From assembly GCA_020026415.1 (NCBI GenBank), contig JAHHQL010000004.1:22959-86958 (forward strand): a DNA stretch of 64,000 bases, written 5' to 3'. Both the position numbers and the translations under genes were made by a program. The notes below the pieces were generated by a model. The model saw nothing but the letters and a program-made list of their open reading frames with translations. It did no database searches and had not been told where the DNA came from. The stretch comes from Alistipes sp. (GTDB taxonomy: Bacteria > Bacteroidota > Bacteroidia > Bacteroidales > Rikenellaceae). This document shows positions 1 to 9,303 of the stretch, piece by piece (position 1 is the first letter of the stretch; each line of letters starts with the position of its first letter).

Positions 1-866
1 AAGCGTTACCGTTGTTGGTGAATCCCGCAACAGGACGCATCCATACGTCTTTCAATCAAGCCGTTACCGCCACGGGACGACTCTCCTCGACAAATCCCAA
101 CCTTCAGAACATTCCCGTGCGTGATGCCCTCGGCAAGCGTATCCGCGAGGCGTTCATCCCCTCCGACAAGGATCATCTGCTGCTCTCGTGCGACTATTCG
201 CAGGTCGAGTTGCGCATGATGGCGCATCTGTCGGAAGACGAAGGTCTGATTGCCGCCTTCGAACACGGTGCCGACATCCACGCCGCCACCGCCGCCCGAT
301 TGTTCCACAAGGAACTTTCGGAGGTGACCTCCGACGAACGCCGCAAAGCCAAAACCGCCAATTTCGGCATCATCTACGGCATCTCGCCCTTCGGTCTGAG
401 CCAGCGTCTGGAGATCCCCCGAAAGGAGGCCAAGGAGATCATCGACAATTACTTCGCCTCCTATCCCAAGGTCAAGGAATATATGGATCGCGTGGTGGAT
501 CAGGCGCGTCAGGACGGCTATGTGAAGACCATCTGCGGCCGTCGCCGTTTCCTCGCGGACATCACCTCCCGCAATGCCGTTGCCCGAGGTCTGGCCGAGC
601 GCAACGCCGTCAATGCCCCGATTCAGGGTTCTGCCGCCGATGTGATGAAATTGGCAATGATCCATGTCAGCCGACGTTTCAAGGAGGAAGGAATCCGTTC
701 GCGCGTGATTCTTCAGGTACATGACGAATTGATCGTCGATATGCTTGTCGAAGAACAGGAAAAAGTCGTACGGATCGTGCGCGACGAGATGGAGAATGCC
801 GTGCATCTGCGCGTGCCGCTGACGGCCGATGCAGGCATCGGAAAAAACTGGTTGGAAGCGCATTAG
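1..866 (+). CDS. polA: DNA polymerase I, C-terminal fragment (5' end outside window)
   Basis: Frame is open to the window edge. Family-A polymerase motifs are present (TATGRLSSTNPNLQNIP, ANFGIIYG, QVHDELIV). Stop at 864-866. Confidence 0.95.
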   Translation, partial: ALPLLVNPATGRIHTSFNQAVTATGRLSSTNPNLQNIPVRDALGKRIREAFIPSDKDHLLLSCDYSQVELRMMAHLSEDEGLIAAFEHGADIHAATAARLFHKELSEVTSDERRKAKTANFGIIYGISPFGLSQRLEIPRKEAKEIIDNYFASYPKVKEYMDRVVDQARQDGYVKTICGRRRFLADITSRNAVARGLAERNAVNAPIQGSAADVMKLAMIHVSRRFKEEGIRSRVILQVHDELIVDMLVEEQEKVVRIVRDEMENAVHLRVPLTADAGIGKNWLEAH

Positions 867-882
867 ACGTTCCCATGAACAC

Positions 883-916
883 AAAACAGGAGGCTTTTCA
901 AAGCCTCCTGTTTTAT
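883..916. terminator. bidirectional intrinsic terminator between polA and the EEP gene
   Basis: AACAGGAGGCTT-TTCA-AAGCCTCCTGTT hairpin flanked by an A-run and a T-run. Confidence 0.8.
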
Positions 917-1962
917 TTGTAACAGAGATCTGCCGCAACCAATTTGTGGTCGCTCAGCCGATCCTCCAATGTTCGGAATCGGACGCAGCGGAACGAATCA
1001 TCGTAGAAAACATAGTCGATACGCAACACACCCAAAATTCCACGGAAAGTCGCCCCGAATCCGTTACCCGCCTCGCGGAACGAATCGTGCAGACGTTTTG
1101 TCATCATGCGATAGGAATAGGACGCGGGCGTATCATTGAAATCACCCGTCACCAGCACGGGATAGGGACTCGAATCCACCATTTCGCAGATCGTTTCAAC
1201 CTGTTCCCGACGAAGCCGGTTGTTTTTTTCCAGCGTGGAGACTATTTTCCGAATTGGAGCCTCACTTCCTTGTTCTTTATGATATTGCCCGCGCAATTGG
1301 GAAACACCCGAAGTTTGCAGATGCACCGTAATGACACGGACAGTGTCTTTCGGTGTCACAATATCCGCCCACATATAATCGTTGCCCGAATCGAATTTTT
1401 TGTATTCGGATTTAAGAATCGGGAAACGACTTATGATCGCAATTCCATCTTCGGTTGTAGTATAATATCCCATTCGATTCCGAAAACTTTGTAATATCCA
1501 TTCTCCGGTAGTTCGCCAAAGCCACTGACAATCCTTAAACTCCTGAAGGCAAAGCACATCGAACTTCTCATATTTACACACCTGAATAAGTTTATCAACA
1601 ATATTTATCAGACTATTACCTTCCCACATGAAATAACAGGCATTGAGCGATGCCACCCTCAAATCCTGTTTTTCATCCGAGGAACGGGTATATTGGAAGT
1701 TTGAGAGGATGTAATCCCCGTTGAAAAGAATCGCCAACAGAGGGAGCAACGAAACCCACCACCTCCGTCTTAACAGCCAAAAAACCAGCACAAAACCGTT
1801 TGCAACCAATATCAAAGGAGTCAAAAGGGCTATGATGCCCCAGAAACGACCGTCTGCGGGCGGAAGAAACGAGACGAACCAGCACAACAACGCCACCACC
1901 AGAAGACCGAGTGTCAAAAGCAGCCCGGTGAAGAAAAGTTTCGGATATTTAAGTTTATTCAC
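913..1962 (-). CDS. membrane-anchored endonuclease/exonuclease/phosphatase (EEP) family protein
   Basis: 349-aa ORF. The first ~90 aa are hydrophobic helices, followed by EEP-like motifs (VASLNACYF, VTGDFNDTP, SDHKLV). Confidence 0.8.
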   Translation of the reverse strand: MNKLKYPKLFFTGLLLTLGLLVVALLCWFVSFLPPADGRFWGIIALLTPLILVANGFVLVFWLLRRRWWVSLLPLLAILFNGDYILSNFQYTRSSDEKQDLRVASLNACYFMWEGNSLINIVDKLIQVCKYEKFDVLCLQEFKDCQWLWRTTGEWILQSFRNRMGYYTTTEDGIAIISRFPILKSEYKKFDSGNDYMWADIVTPKDTVRVITVHLQTSGVSQLRGQYHKEQGSEAPIRKIVSTLEKNNRLRREQVETICEMVDSSPYPVLVTGDFNDTPASYSYRMMTKRLHDSFREAGNGFGATFRGILGVLRIDYVFYDDSFRCVRFRTLEDRLSDHKLVAADLCYK

Positions 1963-2054
1963 GTTGCGAAAAGATATTTAATATTCTAAAGAACGCTCCC
2001 CGCCAAAAAATATTATTCGGTTCAATACGAATTAGAAAACCGCGACGAAGGTAT

Positions 2055-2087
2055 GAAAAAGGCCTCTTTCCACCAAGAAAGAGACCT
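2055..2087 (-). terminator. intrinsic terminator downstream of the GNAT gene
   Basis: Reverse strand: GGTCTCTTTC-TTGGTG-GAAAGAGGCC followed by TTTTT. Confidence 0.65.
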
Positions 2088-2179
2088 TAAATCTTCCATT
2101 TGTACTCATTTCGGAGAGATCCCGTTCCAAATTTCCGAAAGAGCGATCAAATGATATTCCGAAAAACGATTGTTTCGGT

Positions 2180-3184
2180 TTATTCCTTGCGTAATTTGAT
2201 CCGCTCCAGATGCGCCCGCAGACGGTCGGCAAACTCCTCGCGGCGGTGTTTCAGGTTGGCCTGCCAACCCTCCCAGCGCGTGTAGCGGTCGCGTTTTTCG
2301 GGATAGATGTCCGAGATGGTGATCAGAATACCCGTCTCCTCGACATCGCCGAAATCGGGATTGCACACCGTGTCGAACACCTTCATCGACGGCGAAAGGT
2401 TCATGTAGGCGTTGATCAGCGGCGGGATATTCTCGTTAAATTCACGGATTTTCTGAATCAGGATGCGGTAGTTCTCCATGTAGTTGCGCCCCGTGAACAA
2501 CTGCTCGTAATAGGGGTCGTCCAAATCCAACTCAATGGGCTCCACACCCGTTATAAGTCCCTCTCGATCGGGGAAATAACGACGCAGGAACCAGATCAGC
2601 GCATTGCGTGCCACCGCCTTGTAGGAGGTGTACATCGTCACCTTGCCGAAGAGGTATTTCACCGAAGGATTCAGCACCAGAATGGCTCCCAGTCCGTCCC
2701 AGAGATTGTCCAACGCAAAGAGGCTCTTGGGGTTCTGACGCACCTGATAGGCATGTTGGACGAACGAGCGTCCCAATTCCATAGTTTTGGGGAGGTATTT
2801 CTTGCGGAAACGGTCGCTGAAGTGGAAATAATGCTCCGTGGAGAGGTGTCGGGGAAACTCCGATGAACAGATGATGAAGCGGTAACCGCCGACGATCTCC
2901 TCGGCCTGCGGATCCCACACGATGAGTTGGAAGTAGCCGTCCGACGCCAAATCCTCTTCATCGACATCAAGCGGTTTTCCCGTACCTCCGCCCGCATTGC
3001 GGAATGCCTCCTCGCGCAAACGTCCCACCTCGCGCATCAGCATCGGACACTCGGTGGCAGAAAACAGGTAAATTTCATTTCCCGCCTTGTGCGTATCGCG
3101 CACCTTACGCACGGCGGCAAGTTCTTTTTTGAGTGCCTCGCGTTCGACACGGGGAATGATCGGTTGTTGTGATTCTGACTGCAT
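2180..3184 (-). CDS. GNAT-type N-acyl amino-acid synthase (OlsB/GlsB-like N-acyltransferase)
   Basis: 334 aa from ATG at 3184 (MQSESQQP...). The 678-aa track ORF is an artefactual upstream extension into the next gene. Sequence and size are typical of hemolysin-like/OlsB-type GNATs, and it is paired with an acyltransferase. Confidence 0.8.
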   Translation of the reverse strand: MQSESQQPIIPRVEREALKKELAAVRKVRDTHKAGNEIYLFSATECPMLMREVGRLREEAFRNAGGGTGKPLDVDEEDLASDGYFQLIVWDPQAEEIVGGYRFIICSSEFPRHLSTEHYFHFSDRFRKKYLPKTMELGRSFVQHAYQVRQNPKSLFALDNLWDGLGAILVLNPSVKYLFGKVTMYTSYKAVARNALIWFLRRYFPDREGLITGVEPIELDLDDPYYEQLFTGRNYMENYRILIQKIREFNENIPPLINAYMNLSPSMKVFDTVCNPDFGDVEETGILITISDIYPEKRDRYTRWEGWQANLKHRREEFADRLRAHLERIKLRKE

Positions 3185-3190
3185 AATAAG

Positions 3191-3198
3191 CAAAGTTA
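3191..3198 (-). promoter_or_regulatory. -7 box TAACTTTG 6 nt upstream of the GNAT ATG
   Basis: Exact TAnnTTTG on the reverse strand. Confidence 0.45.
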
Positions 3199-3231
3199 TC
3201 TCTTTTATGCGAATATTTGTCGTTTTATCCT

Positions 3232-4050
3232 CTATTTTTTCAATCGCCCGCCCAAAGCATAGCACTTTTGCCGTACAAAATCGAGTTGTCCGGCAAGCGA
3301 TCCGTGGAGGGCGAGTTTCTCCTTGGAGAGGGGTTCGCCGACAATGATGCGGAAATGTCTGCCCGCCTGACGGAACATCTCGTCCGGGAGCCACAACATC
3401 TCGATGTTGAAACGGATGCCCAACGCCTTGCGGATGCGGTCCACACGATAGAAGAAATCGGAAAGTTCGCCCTCGACAAAAACCGGCACGATCCGGCGAT
3501 CCGAGGCATAGGCTTTTTTCAGGAAATTGGGTCGCCACTTCAAGTCCTGCACCCGCCCGTCGATGCGCCGCGAACACAGTCCCGCGGGGAACGTGAGGAT
3601 GGGTTTGTCGCTTCGGAATGCCTCCTCGATGCGTTGCGCATAGGCCTGATTCTGAACGCCGTGCTTGTTTACGGGAAGCCACAGCGGACGCAGGGGTTCG
3701 ACGTGCATCAGGATGTCGTTCACCACCACCCGCACATCGCCGAAACGGTCGATCAACTTGTCGGCCAACATCATGCCGTCCATTCCGCCGAACGGGTGGT
3801 TCGACACGAAGAGATAACGCCCTTCGCGGGGCAGACGATCCAACCCCTCGGTCTCGTAGGTGATGTTCCACTCCCGAAAACAGGCCTCGATGAAGGGTTG
3901 CGGAGCGAGGTGCCAGGAGGTTTGAAGAATGTGGTTGAGTTCGCGTTCGCGGATCGTGCGGCGAAGCCAACTGACAACCCACCGCGGAACCCACCGCGCC
4001 AATCGGGGAGCCTTTTCCCTGAGGACGGCTCCAACATCTATTTCGGGCAT
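3232..4050 (-). CDS. lysophospholipid (PlsC/OlsA/GlsA-like) O-acyltransferase
   Basis: Start taken at ATG 4050 (MPEIDVGAV...), preceded by a TAnnTTTG box. Acyltransferase motif SNHPFGGMDG is present. It lies 47 nt upstream of the GNAT gene on the same strand. Confidence 0.8.
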   Translation of the reverse strand: MPEIDVGAVLREKAPRLARWVPRWVVSWLRRTIRERELNHILQTSWHLAPQPFIEACFREWNITYETEGLDRLPREGRYLFVSNHPFGGMDGMMLADKLIDRFGDVRVVVNDILMHVEPLRPLWLPVNKHGVQNQAYAQRIEEAFRSDKPILTFPAGLCSRRIDGRVQDLKWRPNFLKKAYASDRRIVPVFVEGELSDFFYRVDRIRKALGIRFNIEMLWLPDEMFRQAGRHFRIIVGEPLSKEKLALHGSLAGQLDFVRQKCYALGGRLKK

Positions 4051-4076
4051 AAAGGTGCTTAAAAAATATATCTGAA

Positions 4077-4084
4077 CAAAGATA
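4077..4084 (-). promoter_or_regulatory. -7 box TATCTTTG upstream of the acyltransferase gene
   Basis: Exact TAnnTTTG on the reverse strand, 26 nt from ATG 4050. Confidence 0.55.
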
Positions 4085-4107
4085 GGGATTCTTTTTTGAA
4101 AAATCGT

Positions 4108-4115
4108 TATCTTTG
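4108..4115 (+). promoter_or_regulatory. -7 box TATCTTTG upstream of rsmH (dcw promoter)
   Basis: Exact TAnnTTTG, 30 nt from ATG 4146. Confidence 0.55.
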
Positions 4116-4145
4116 ATCCCAAATAGACCTATGTAAAAAAAGAAT

Positions 4146-5048
4146 ATGTCGCAATACCACACACCCGTCCTTCTGGAGGAGTCGGTCGGCCTGCTTGAGA
4201 TCCGCCCCGACGGCATCTATGCCGACCTTACGTTCGGTGGCGGAGGACACTCCCGCCGTATCCTCCAAGACCTTGATTCCAAAGGACATCTATATAGTTT
4301 CGATCAGGATCGGGATACCCGCCAGAACTGCCCCGATGACGAGCGTTTTACCTACGTGGAGAGCAATTTCCGCTTCCTGCGCGGGGCACTGCGCCTGCGC
4401 GGTGTGCGCGAAGCGGACGGCATTCTGGCCGATCTGGGTGTGTCGTCACACCACTTCGATGCCGTGGAACGCGGTTTTTCGTTCCGTGGCGATGCCCCGC
4501 TCGACATGCGCATGAATCAGCGCGGATCGCTCACCGCCGCCCGCATCGTCAATGAATACTCGTCGGAGGATCTGACCCGCATTTTAGGCGATTGGGGCGA
4601 AGTGGAAACCCCGTGGAAGGTGGCGAACTGCATCGTCAAGGCACGCGCCAAAGCCCCCATCGAAACCACCGCAGAACTCGTCGAGGCCGTTGCGCCCTGC
4701 ACCCCCAAGAAAGATCCGTCGAAATTTCTGACCAAACTGTTTCAGGCACTCCGCATCGAGGTGAACGGCGAAATGGAGGCCTTGAAGATGGCTTTGGAGC
4801 AGAGTCTCAAGGTGTTAAAGCCCAGAGGAAGGCTGGTTGTGATCTCCTACCACTCGTTGGAGGATCGTCTGGTGAAGAATTTCATGCGAAGCGGTAATTT
4901 CAGGGGCGAAGTCGAGAAGGATTTCTTCGGCCGCGCCGAAACGCCCTTCAAGATCATCACCCGCAAGGCCGTCACCCCGACCAACGAAGAGTTGGAGCGC
5001 AATCCGCGTTCGCGTTCGGCACGACTGCGCGCCGCCGAAAAATTGTAA
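4146..5048 (+). CDS. rsmH: 16S rRNA (cytosine1402-N4)-methyltransferase
   Basis: MraW family motifs (DLTFGGGGHS, DLGVSSHHFD). First gene of the dcw cluster. Confidence 0.95.
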   Translation: MSQYHTPVLLEESVGLLEIRPDGIYADLTFGGGGHSRRILQDLDSKGHLYSFDQDRDTRQNCPDDERFTYVESNFRFLRGALRLRGVREADGILADLGVSSHHFDAVERGFSFRGDAPLDMRMNQRGSLTAARIVNEYSSEDLTRILGDWGEVETPWKVANCIVKARAKAPIETTAELVEAVAPCTPKKDPSKFLTKLFQALRIEVNGEMEALKMALEQSLKVLKPRGRLVVISYHSLEDRLVKNFMRSGNFRGEVEKDFFGRAETPFKIITRKAVTPTNEELERNPRSRSARLRAAEKL

Positions 5049-5051
5049 GCC

Positions 5052-5579
5052 ATGTATCGGGACGACCGCTATAACCCCGAATCGGACACCGCCCCCCGCG
5101 AGGAGACGGAGTACGAACGCCGTGTGCGTCTCGAAGTACACCGTCATACGGACGAAAACCCCTTCCGAGAGGATACTGACGAAGCCCCCAAGGAGGAGGA
5201 TCAGCCCAAAGACCCCAAGAACGACACCCGTCTGGAGGAGGATCAGCCGCGCCCGCGGAAACGCCGTCGCGCAAGCACCGCACGCCAACTTCTGACGGGG
5301 TCGATCCTCATCCGCGAGGATATTTCGAAATATTACCGCTATCTGTGGGGCATTGCCGCCATGTGCTTTGTGAGCATCTTCGTGATGTTTCTGGCCTTGC
5401 AGTGCGACGTGAAATGCAGTCGGCTGGAACGTGAGGTGCGCATCCTGCGTGCCCGCGCCATCATCATGGAGAGCCGCCGCTTCCACCAGACCACCCACAC
5501 CGCCATCGTGCGCGAACTCGAAGCCCGCAACATCCCGTTGCGCACGCCCGAACGCCCAGCCCGCAAACTCGACGACTGA
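5052..5579 (+). CDS. FtsL-like cell-division protein with long acidic N-terminal extension
   Basis: Positioned between rsmH and ftsI. Single TM helix (YLWGIAAMCFVSIFVMFLAL) followed by a short coiled-coil-like segment. The first ~85 aa are D/E/P-rich. Confidence 0.7.
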   Translation: MYRDDRYNPESDTAPREETEYERRVRLEVHRHTDENPFREDTDEAPKEEDQPKDPKNDTRLEEDQPRPRKRRRASTARQLLTGSILIREDISKYYRYLWGIAAMCFVSIFVMFLALQCDVKCSRLEREVRILRARAIIMESRRFHQTTHTAIVRELEARNIPLRTPERPARKLDD

Positions 5580-5581
5580 CC

Positions 5582-7837
5582 ATGAACGAAGAACAACCCA
5601 ACATAAAAAAAGACATTCTGTTCCGGGTGCATTTCCTGTATCTGGTCTTTGTCCTGATCGGCGTGGTGGTCTTCGGACGGCTGATCTGGGTGCAGTGGGG
5701 AAGCAGCGAGGTGCGTTCCAATTCGGAGCGTGTCTCGACGAAAATCTTCACCGAGGAGATCCTTTCTGCACACCGCGGGAACATCCTCTCGCGTCACGGT
5801 GTCCCGTTCGCCACGTCGCTGTTCCGCTATCAGGTCGAATTCGATTTTGCGGCGCAGGGACTCGACTCGCTCGAAACCTACCACGAGCAGGCCGATTCGC
5901 TGGCGGGACTTCTGGCGAAATTTTTCAAGGACAAACCCGCCCGTGCCTACCGCAAAATGTTCCGCGAGGAGCATGCACGCCGCTATCGCCTTGTCAATCC
6001 CCACCCCGACACCACGATGCGTTCCGAGGGGTGGTTCGGACAACTCATCGACCGCATCACGGGCAAGCCCTACAAGATCCGCACGGTCTATGACACGCTC
6101 CGCGACCATCGTCCCGTGAAGATCTTCCCCCGCACGGTAAACTATGCCGAGTGGTCGGTGCTGAAGGAGTACCCGCTTCTGAACTGGAACATGGGCATGG
6201 TCTATCACTTGGTCGAAACCGACGAACGCATCTATCCCTTCGGGGGATTGGGACGGCGCACGATCGGTTCGATCGCCACCGAGGGGCACGGCTACGGCAT
6301 CGAGGATGCCTTCCGCAAAGAATTGGAGGGCAGGAACGGCAAAGCCCTGCGCCAGCGCATCGCCCACGACTTTTTCGGACGTGTGGCGGGCGAGATCGAG
6401 AACCCCGTGGACGGATTGGACATCGAGACGACGCTCGATGCCGAATTGCAGGTCATGGCGGACAACTACCTGCGCGAGCAGATGATCCGTCAGAAGGCTC
6501 TGTGGGGTACGGCGATGATCATGAAGGTCGAAACGGGCGAACTGCTCGCACTGGTAAACCTCGACCTGATGAAGGACGGCGTTTACCGCGAGGCCGAGAA
6601 CCGCGCACTGAAGATGACGATGGATCCGGGATCGACCTTCAAGTTGGCAACGGTGCTTACGCTGTTGGACGATGCGGGGATGTCGCCTCTGGAGGAGCAC
6701 GACTCGAACGACGGAAAGCCGATGATCGTGGGCGGTGTCCGCGTGGTCGATTCGCACCGCGGCGACCACAAGATCGCCCTGAAACGTGCCGTGGCCGGTT
6801 CGTCGAACATCTATTTTGCCCAAGCCGTATGGGAACACTACGGACTGACGGGCAAAAAGAAACAATACTCCGACTTTCTGGCGGAAAACCTCTGTCTGAA
6901 CGCCCCGATGGGATTGGAAATGCTGGGCGAACGCCCTCCGAGGATCGTTTCGGAGGGAAGTTGGGCGGAAGTGCCCGACCCCGCGTTCAAGTTGGTGAAG
7001 ATGGCCTACGGCTATCGCGTGGCAATGGCTCCGATCCACATGCTGACGCTCTACAACGCCATTGCCAACAACGGACGGATGATGGCTCCGATGCTGATCC
7101 GTGCCTTGAAACGCAACGGAAAAACCGTGCGCGAATACGACCCCAAGACATTGAGCCGTTCGATCTGTTCCGATCGGACTTTGGAGATCGTCAAGGAGTG
7201 CCTCGAAGAGGTGGCCAAGACGGGTACCGCCTCGCGGTTTTTCCGCGACACCGCCTTTTTGCGGGTGGCGGCCAAGACGGGTACGGCGCAGGACACCTCG
7301 CCCGACGGACGCAAATACAACCGGTACCTCGGTTCGATGGTGGCCTTTTTCCCCGCCGACAACCCCAAATACACGGTGATGACCTCGATTCTGACGCGCC
7401 GTCAGTCGGGTTACGCCTATTACGGTGCTCCGCTGGCAGGCCCTGTCGTGAAACGCATGGTCGATTACATCGCAATGCACCAGCCGCAGGAGACACCCCT
7501 TGCCGAGGAGAACCGCTATGCCCCCGTCCGCTTGAAGGGCGGTGACCGGGAGCAGATCGCCGAAGTCGCCGACGAGTTGTTGCCCGACTGGGACATCGAC
7601 AACGAAAAAGGATGGATTCGTGTCCGCAAGGACAGCCTCCTCCACATCGAGGAGATCGACCCCTCGCCGAACCTCGTGCCCGACGTGCGGGGCATGGGAC
7701 TTAAAGAAGCCTTGTTCCTGTTGGAGAGCCGCGGCCTGAGGGTCGAGGTCGAGGGACAGGGCGCAGTTTATGCACAAAGTATTGCTGCCCGTCAGAAAAT
7801 AAAGGTCGGACAGAAAATAAAGATAAACCTCAGATAG
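5582..7837 (+). CDS. ftsI: penicillin-binding protein 3 (peptidoglycan D,D-transpeptidase FtsI) with C-terminal PASTA-like domain
   Basis: Transpeptidase motifs STFK (PGSTFKLAT), SSN (AGSSNIY) and KTGT (AAKTGTAQ). dcw context. Confidence 0.93.
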   Translation: MNEEQPNIKKDILFRVHFLYLVFVLIGVVVFGRLIWVQWGSSEVRSNSERVSTKIFTEEILSAHRGNILSRHGVPFATSLFRYQVEFDFAAQGLDSLETYHEQADSLAGLLAKFFKDKPARAYRKMFREEHARRYRLVNPHPDTTMRSEGWFGQLIDRITGKPYKIRTVYDTLRDHRPVKIFPRTVNYAEWSVLKEYPLLNWNMGMVYHLVETDERIYPFGGLGRRTIGSIATEGHGYGIEDAFRKELEGRNGKALRQRIAHDFFGRVAGEIENPVDGLDIETTLDAELQVMADNYLREQMIRQKALWGTAMIMKVETGELLALVNLDLMKDGVYREAENRALKMTMDPGSTFKLATVLTLLDDAGMSPLEEHDSNDGKPMIVGGVRVVDSHRGDHKIALKRAVAGSSNIYFAQAVWEHYGLTGKKKQYSDFLAENLCLNAPMGLEMLGERPPRIVSEGSWAEVPDPAFKLVKMAYGYRVAMAPIHMLTLYNAIANNGRMMAPMLIRALKRNGKTVREYDPKTLSRSICSDRTLEIVKECLEEVAKTGTASRFFRDTAFLRVAAKTGTAQDTSPDGRKYNRYLGSMVAFFPADNPKYTVMTSILTRRQSGYAYYGAPLAGPVVKRMVDYIAMHQPQETPLAEENRYAPVRLKGGDREQIAEVADELLPDWDIDNEKGWIRVRKDSLLHIEEIDPSPNLVPDVRGMGLKEALFLLESRGLRVEVEGQGAVYAQSIAARQKIKVGQKIKINLR

Positions 7838-7839
7838 AG

Positions 7840-9291
7840 ATGAAAAAACTTTCGGATTTAATTGCCCGCACCTCCACGTTGGGGGTGTATCCCGACGCAA
7901 AAGTTGAGGTTGCGTCATTGACATACGACTCCCGTCAGGCGGCCGCAGGTTCTTGTTTCTTTGCCGTGCGCGGCACGCAGTGCGACGGTCACCGTTTCAT
8001 CGCATCGGCCATCGAAGCGGGTGCCGTGGCGATCGTCTGCGAGGAGTTGCCCGAAGTACGCCCCGAAGGCGTATCGTTTGTGTTGGTGAAGGATTCGCAG
8101 GGTGCCATGGCCGACATGGCAGCCGCCTTCTACGACTTTCCGAGCCGCGATTTGAAGTTGGTCGGCATCACGGGTACGAACGGCAAAACCACGACCGTCA
8201 CCCTCCTCTACGACCTTGTACGCCGTATGGGCTGCAAGGCGGGACTGATCTCGACGGTGGTCTATAAGATCGAGGAGCGGGAAATCCCCGCCACGCACAC
8301 CACCCCCGACTCGATCCGTCTGAACAGCCTCATGCGCGAAATGGTCGATGAGGGTTGTACGTTCTGTTTCATGGAGTGTTCGTCGCACGCCATCGTGCAG
8401 GAGCGCACGCGCGGTCTGTGCTTTACGGGCGGTTTGTTCTCGAACATCACCCACGACCACCTCGATTACCACAAAACCTTCGCCGAATACATCCGCGCCA
8501 AGAAACTCTTCTTCGACCATCTGCCAAAGGAGGCGTTCGCGCTGGTGAACATCGACGACCGCAACGGCCGTGTCATGGTGCAGAACACCGCGGCACGCAT
8601 CCGCACCGCTTCGCTCAAGGAGTTGGCCGACTACCGTTGCAAGATCCTCGAAATGCACCTCGACGGCATGTTATTACGTCTGAACGACAACGAATTATGG
8701 GTCAAACTTGTCGGACGGTTCAATGCCGAGAACCTTCTGGTGGTTTACGGTGCGGCGTGCGAATTAGGACTCGACCGCGAAGAGGTGTTGCGCATCCTGA
8801 GTACGCTGGGTGCCGTGCGCGGCCGTTTCGAGGTGATCCGCTCCGAGGAGGGCAAAACCGCCGTGGTGGATTACGCCCACACGCCCGATGCGCTGGAGCA
8901 TGTGATCGAAACGATCGAGGAGTTGCGCAAGAAAGATCAGCAACTCATTGTCGTTTGCGGTTGCGGGGGCAACCGCGACAAAACCAAACGCCCCGAAATG
9001 GCTGAAATCGCCGTACAGCACGCCTCAACCGCAGTTTTCACATCGGACAACCCCCGTCACGAAGACCCCGAAGCCATCTTGGACGACATGGTCGCCGGAC
9101 TGAAACCCACGGATCGCTATCTGCGCATTGCCGACCGCCGCGAAGCCATCCGCACGGCGGTCATGCTGGCGCGTCCGAACGATGTGATCCTCGTTGCGGG
9201 CAAGGGTCACGAGGATTATCAGATCATCGGCGACGAGAAGCACCACTTCGACGACCGCGAAGAACTGCTCAAATGTTTTCAAATGAAATAA
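7840..9291 (+). CDS. murE: UDP-N-acetylmuramoyl-L-alanyl-D-glutamate--2,6-diaminopimelate ligase
   Basis: Mur ligase P-loop GITGTNGKTT and the DNPR motif (TSDNPRHEDP). dcw context. Confidence 0.95.
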   Translation: MKKLSDLIARTSTLGVYPDAKVEVASLTYDSRQAAAGSCFFAVRGTQCDGHRFIASAIEAGAVAIVCEELPEVRPEGVSFVLVKDSQGAMADMAAAFYDFPSRDLKLVGITGTNGKTTTVTLLYDLVRRMGCKAGLISTVVYKIEEREIPATHTTPDSIRLNSLMREMVDEGCTFCFMECSSHAIVQERTRGLCFTGGLFSNITHDHLDYHKTFAEYIRAKKLFFDHLPKEAFALVNIDDRNGRVMVQNTAARIRTASLKELADYRCKILEMHLDGMLLRLNDNELWVKLVGRFNAENLLVVYGAACELGLDREEVLRILSTLGAVRGRFEVIRSEEGKTAVVDYAHTPDALEHVIETIEELRKKDQQLIVVCGCGGNRDKTKRPEMAEIAVQHASTAVFTSDNPRHEDPEAILDDMVAGLKPTDRYLRIADRREAIRTAVMLARPNDVILVAGKGHEDYQIIGDEKHHFDDREELLKCFQMK

Positions 9292-9303
9292 ACCCCAAGC
9301 AAC

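Noticed and set aside
3185-4216. N-terminal 344 codons of the 678-aa track ORF 2180-4216
   Set aside because: This part overlaps the acyltransferase gene in another frame and is Arg/Pro/Gly-rich nonsense. The recognisable GNAT sequence begins at ATG 3184, directly after a -7 box.
5339-7924. 861-aa ORF on the - strand covering the whole ftsI region
   Set aside because: It is antisense to a gene with unmistakable PBP motifs (STFK/SSN/KTGT). Its translation is an Arg/Gly/Val/His-rich low-complexity 'shadow' typical of GC-rich DNA, with no recognisable motif.
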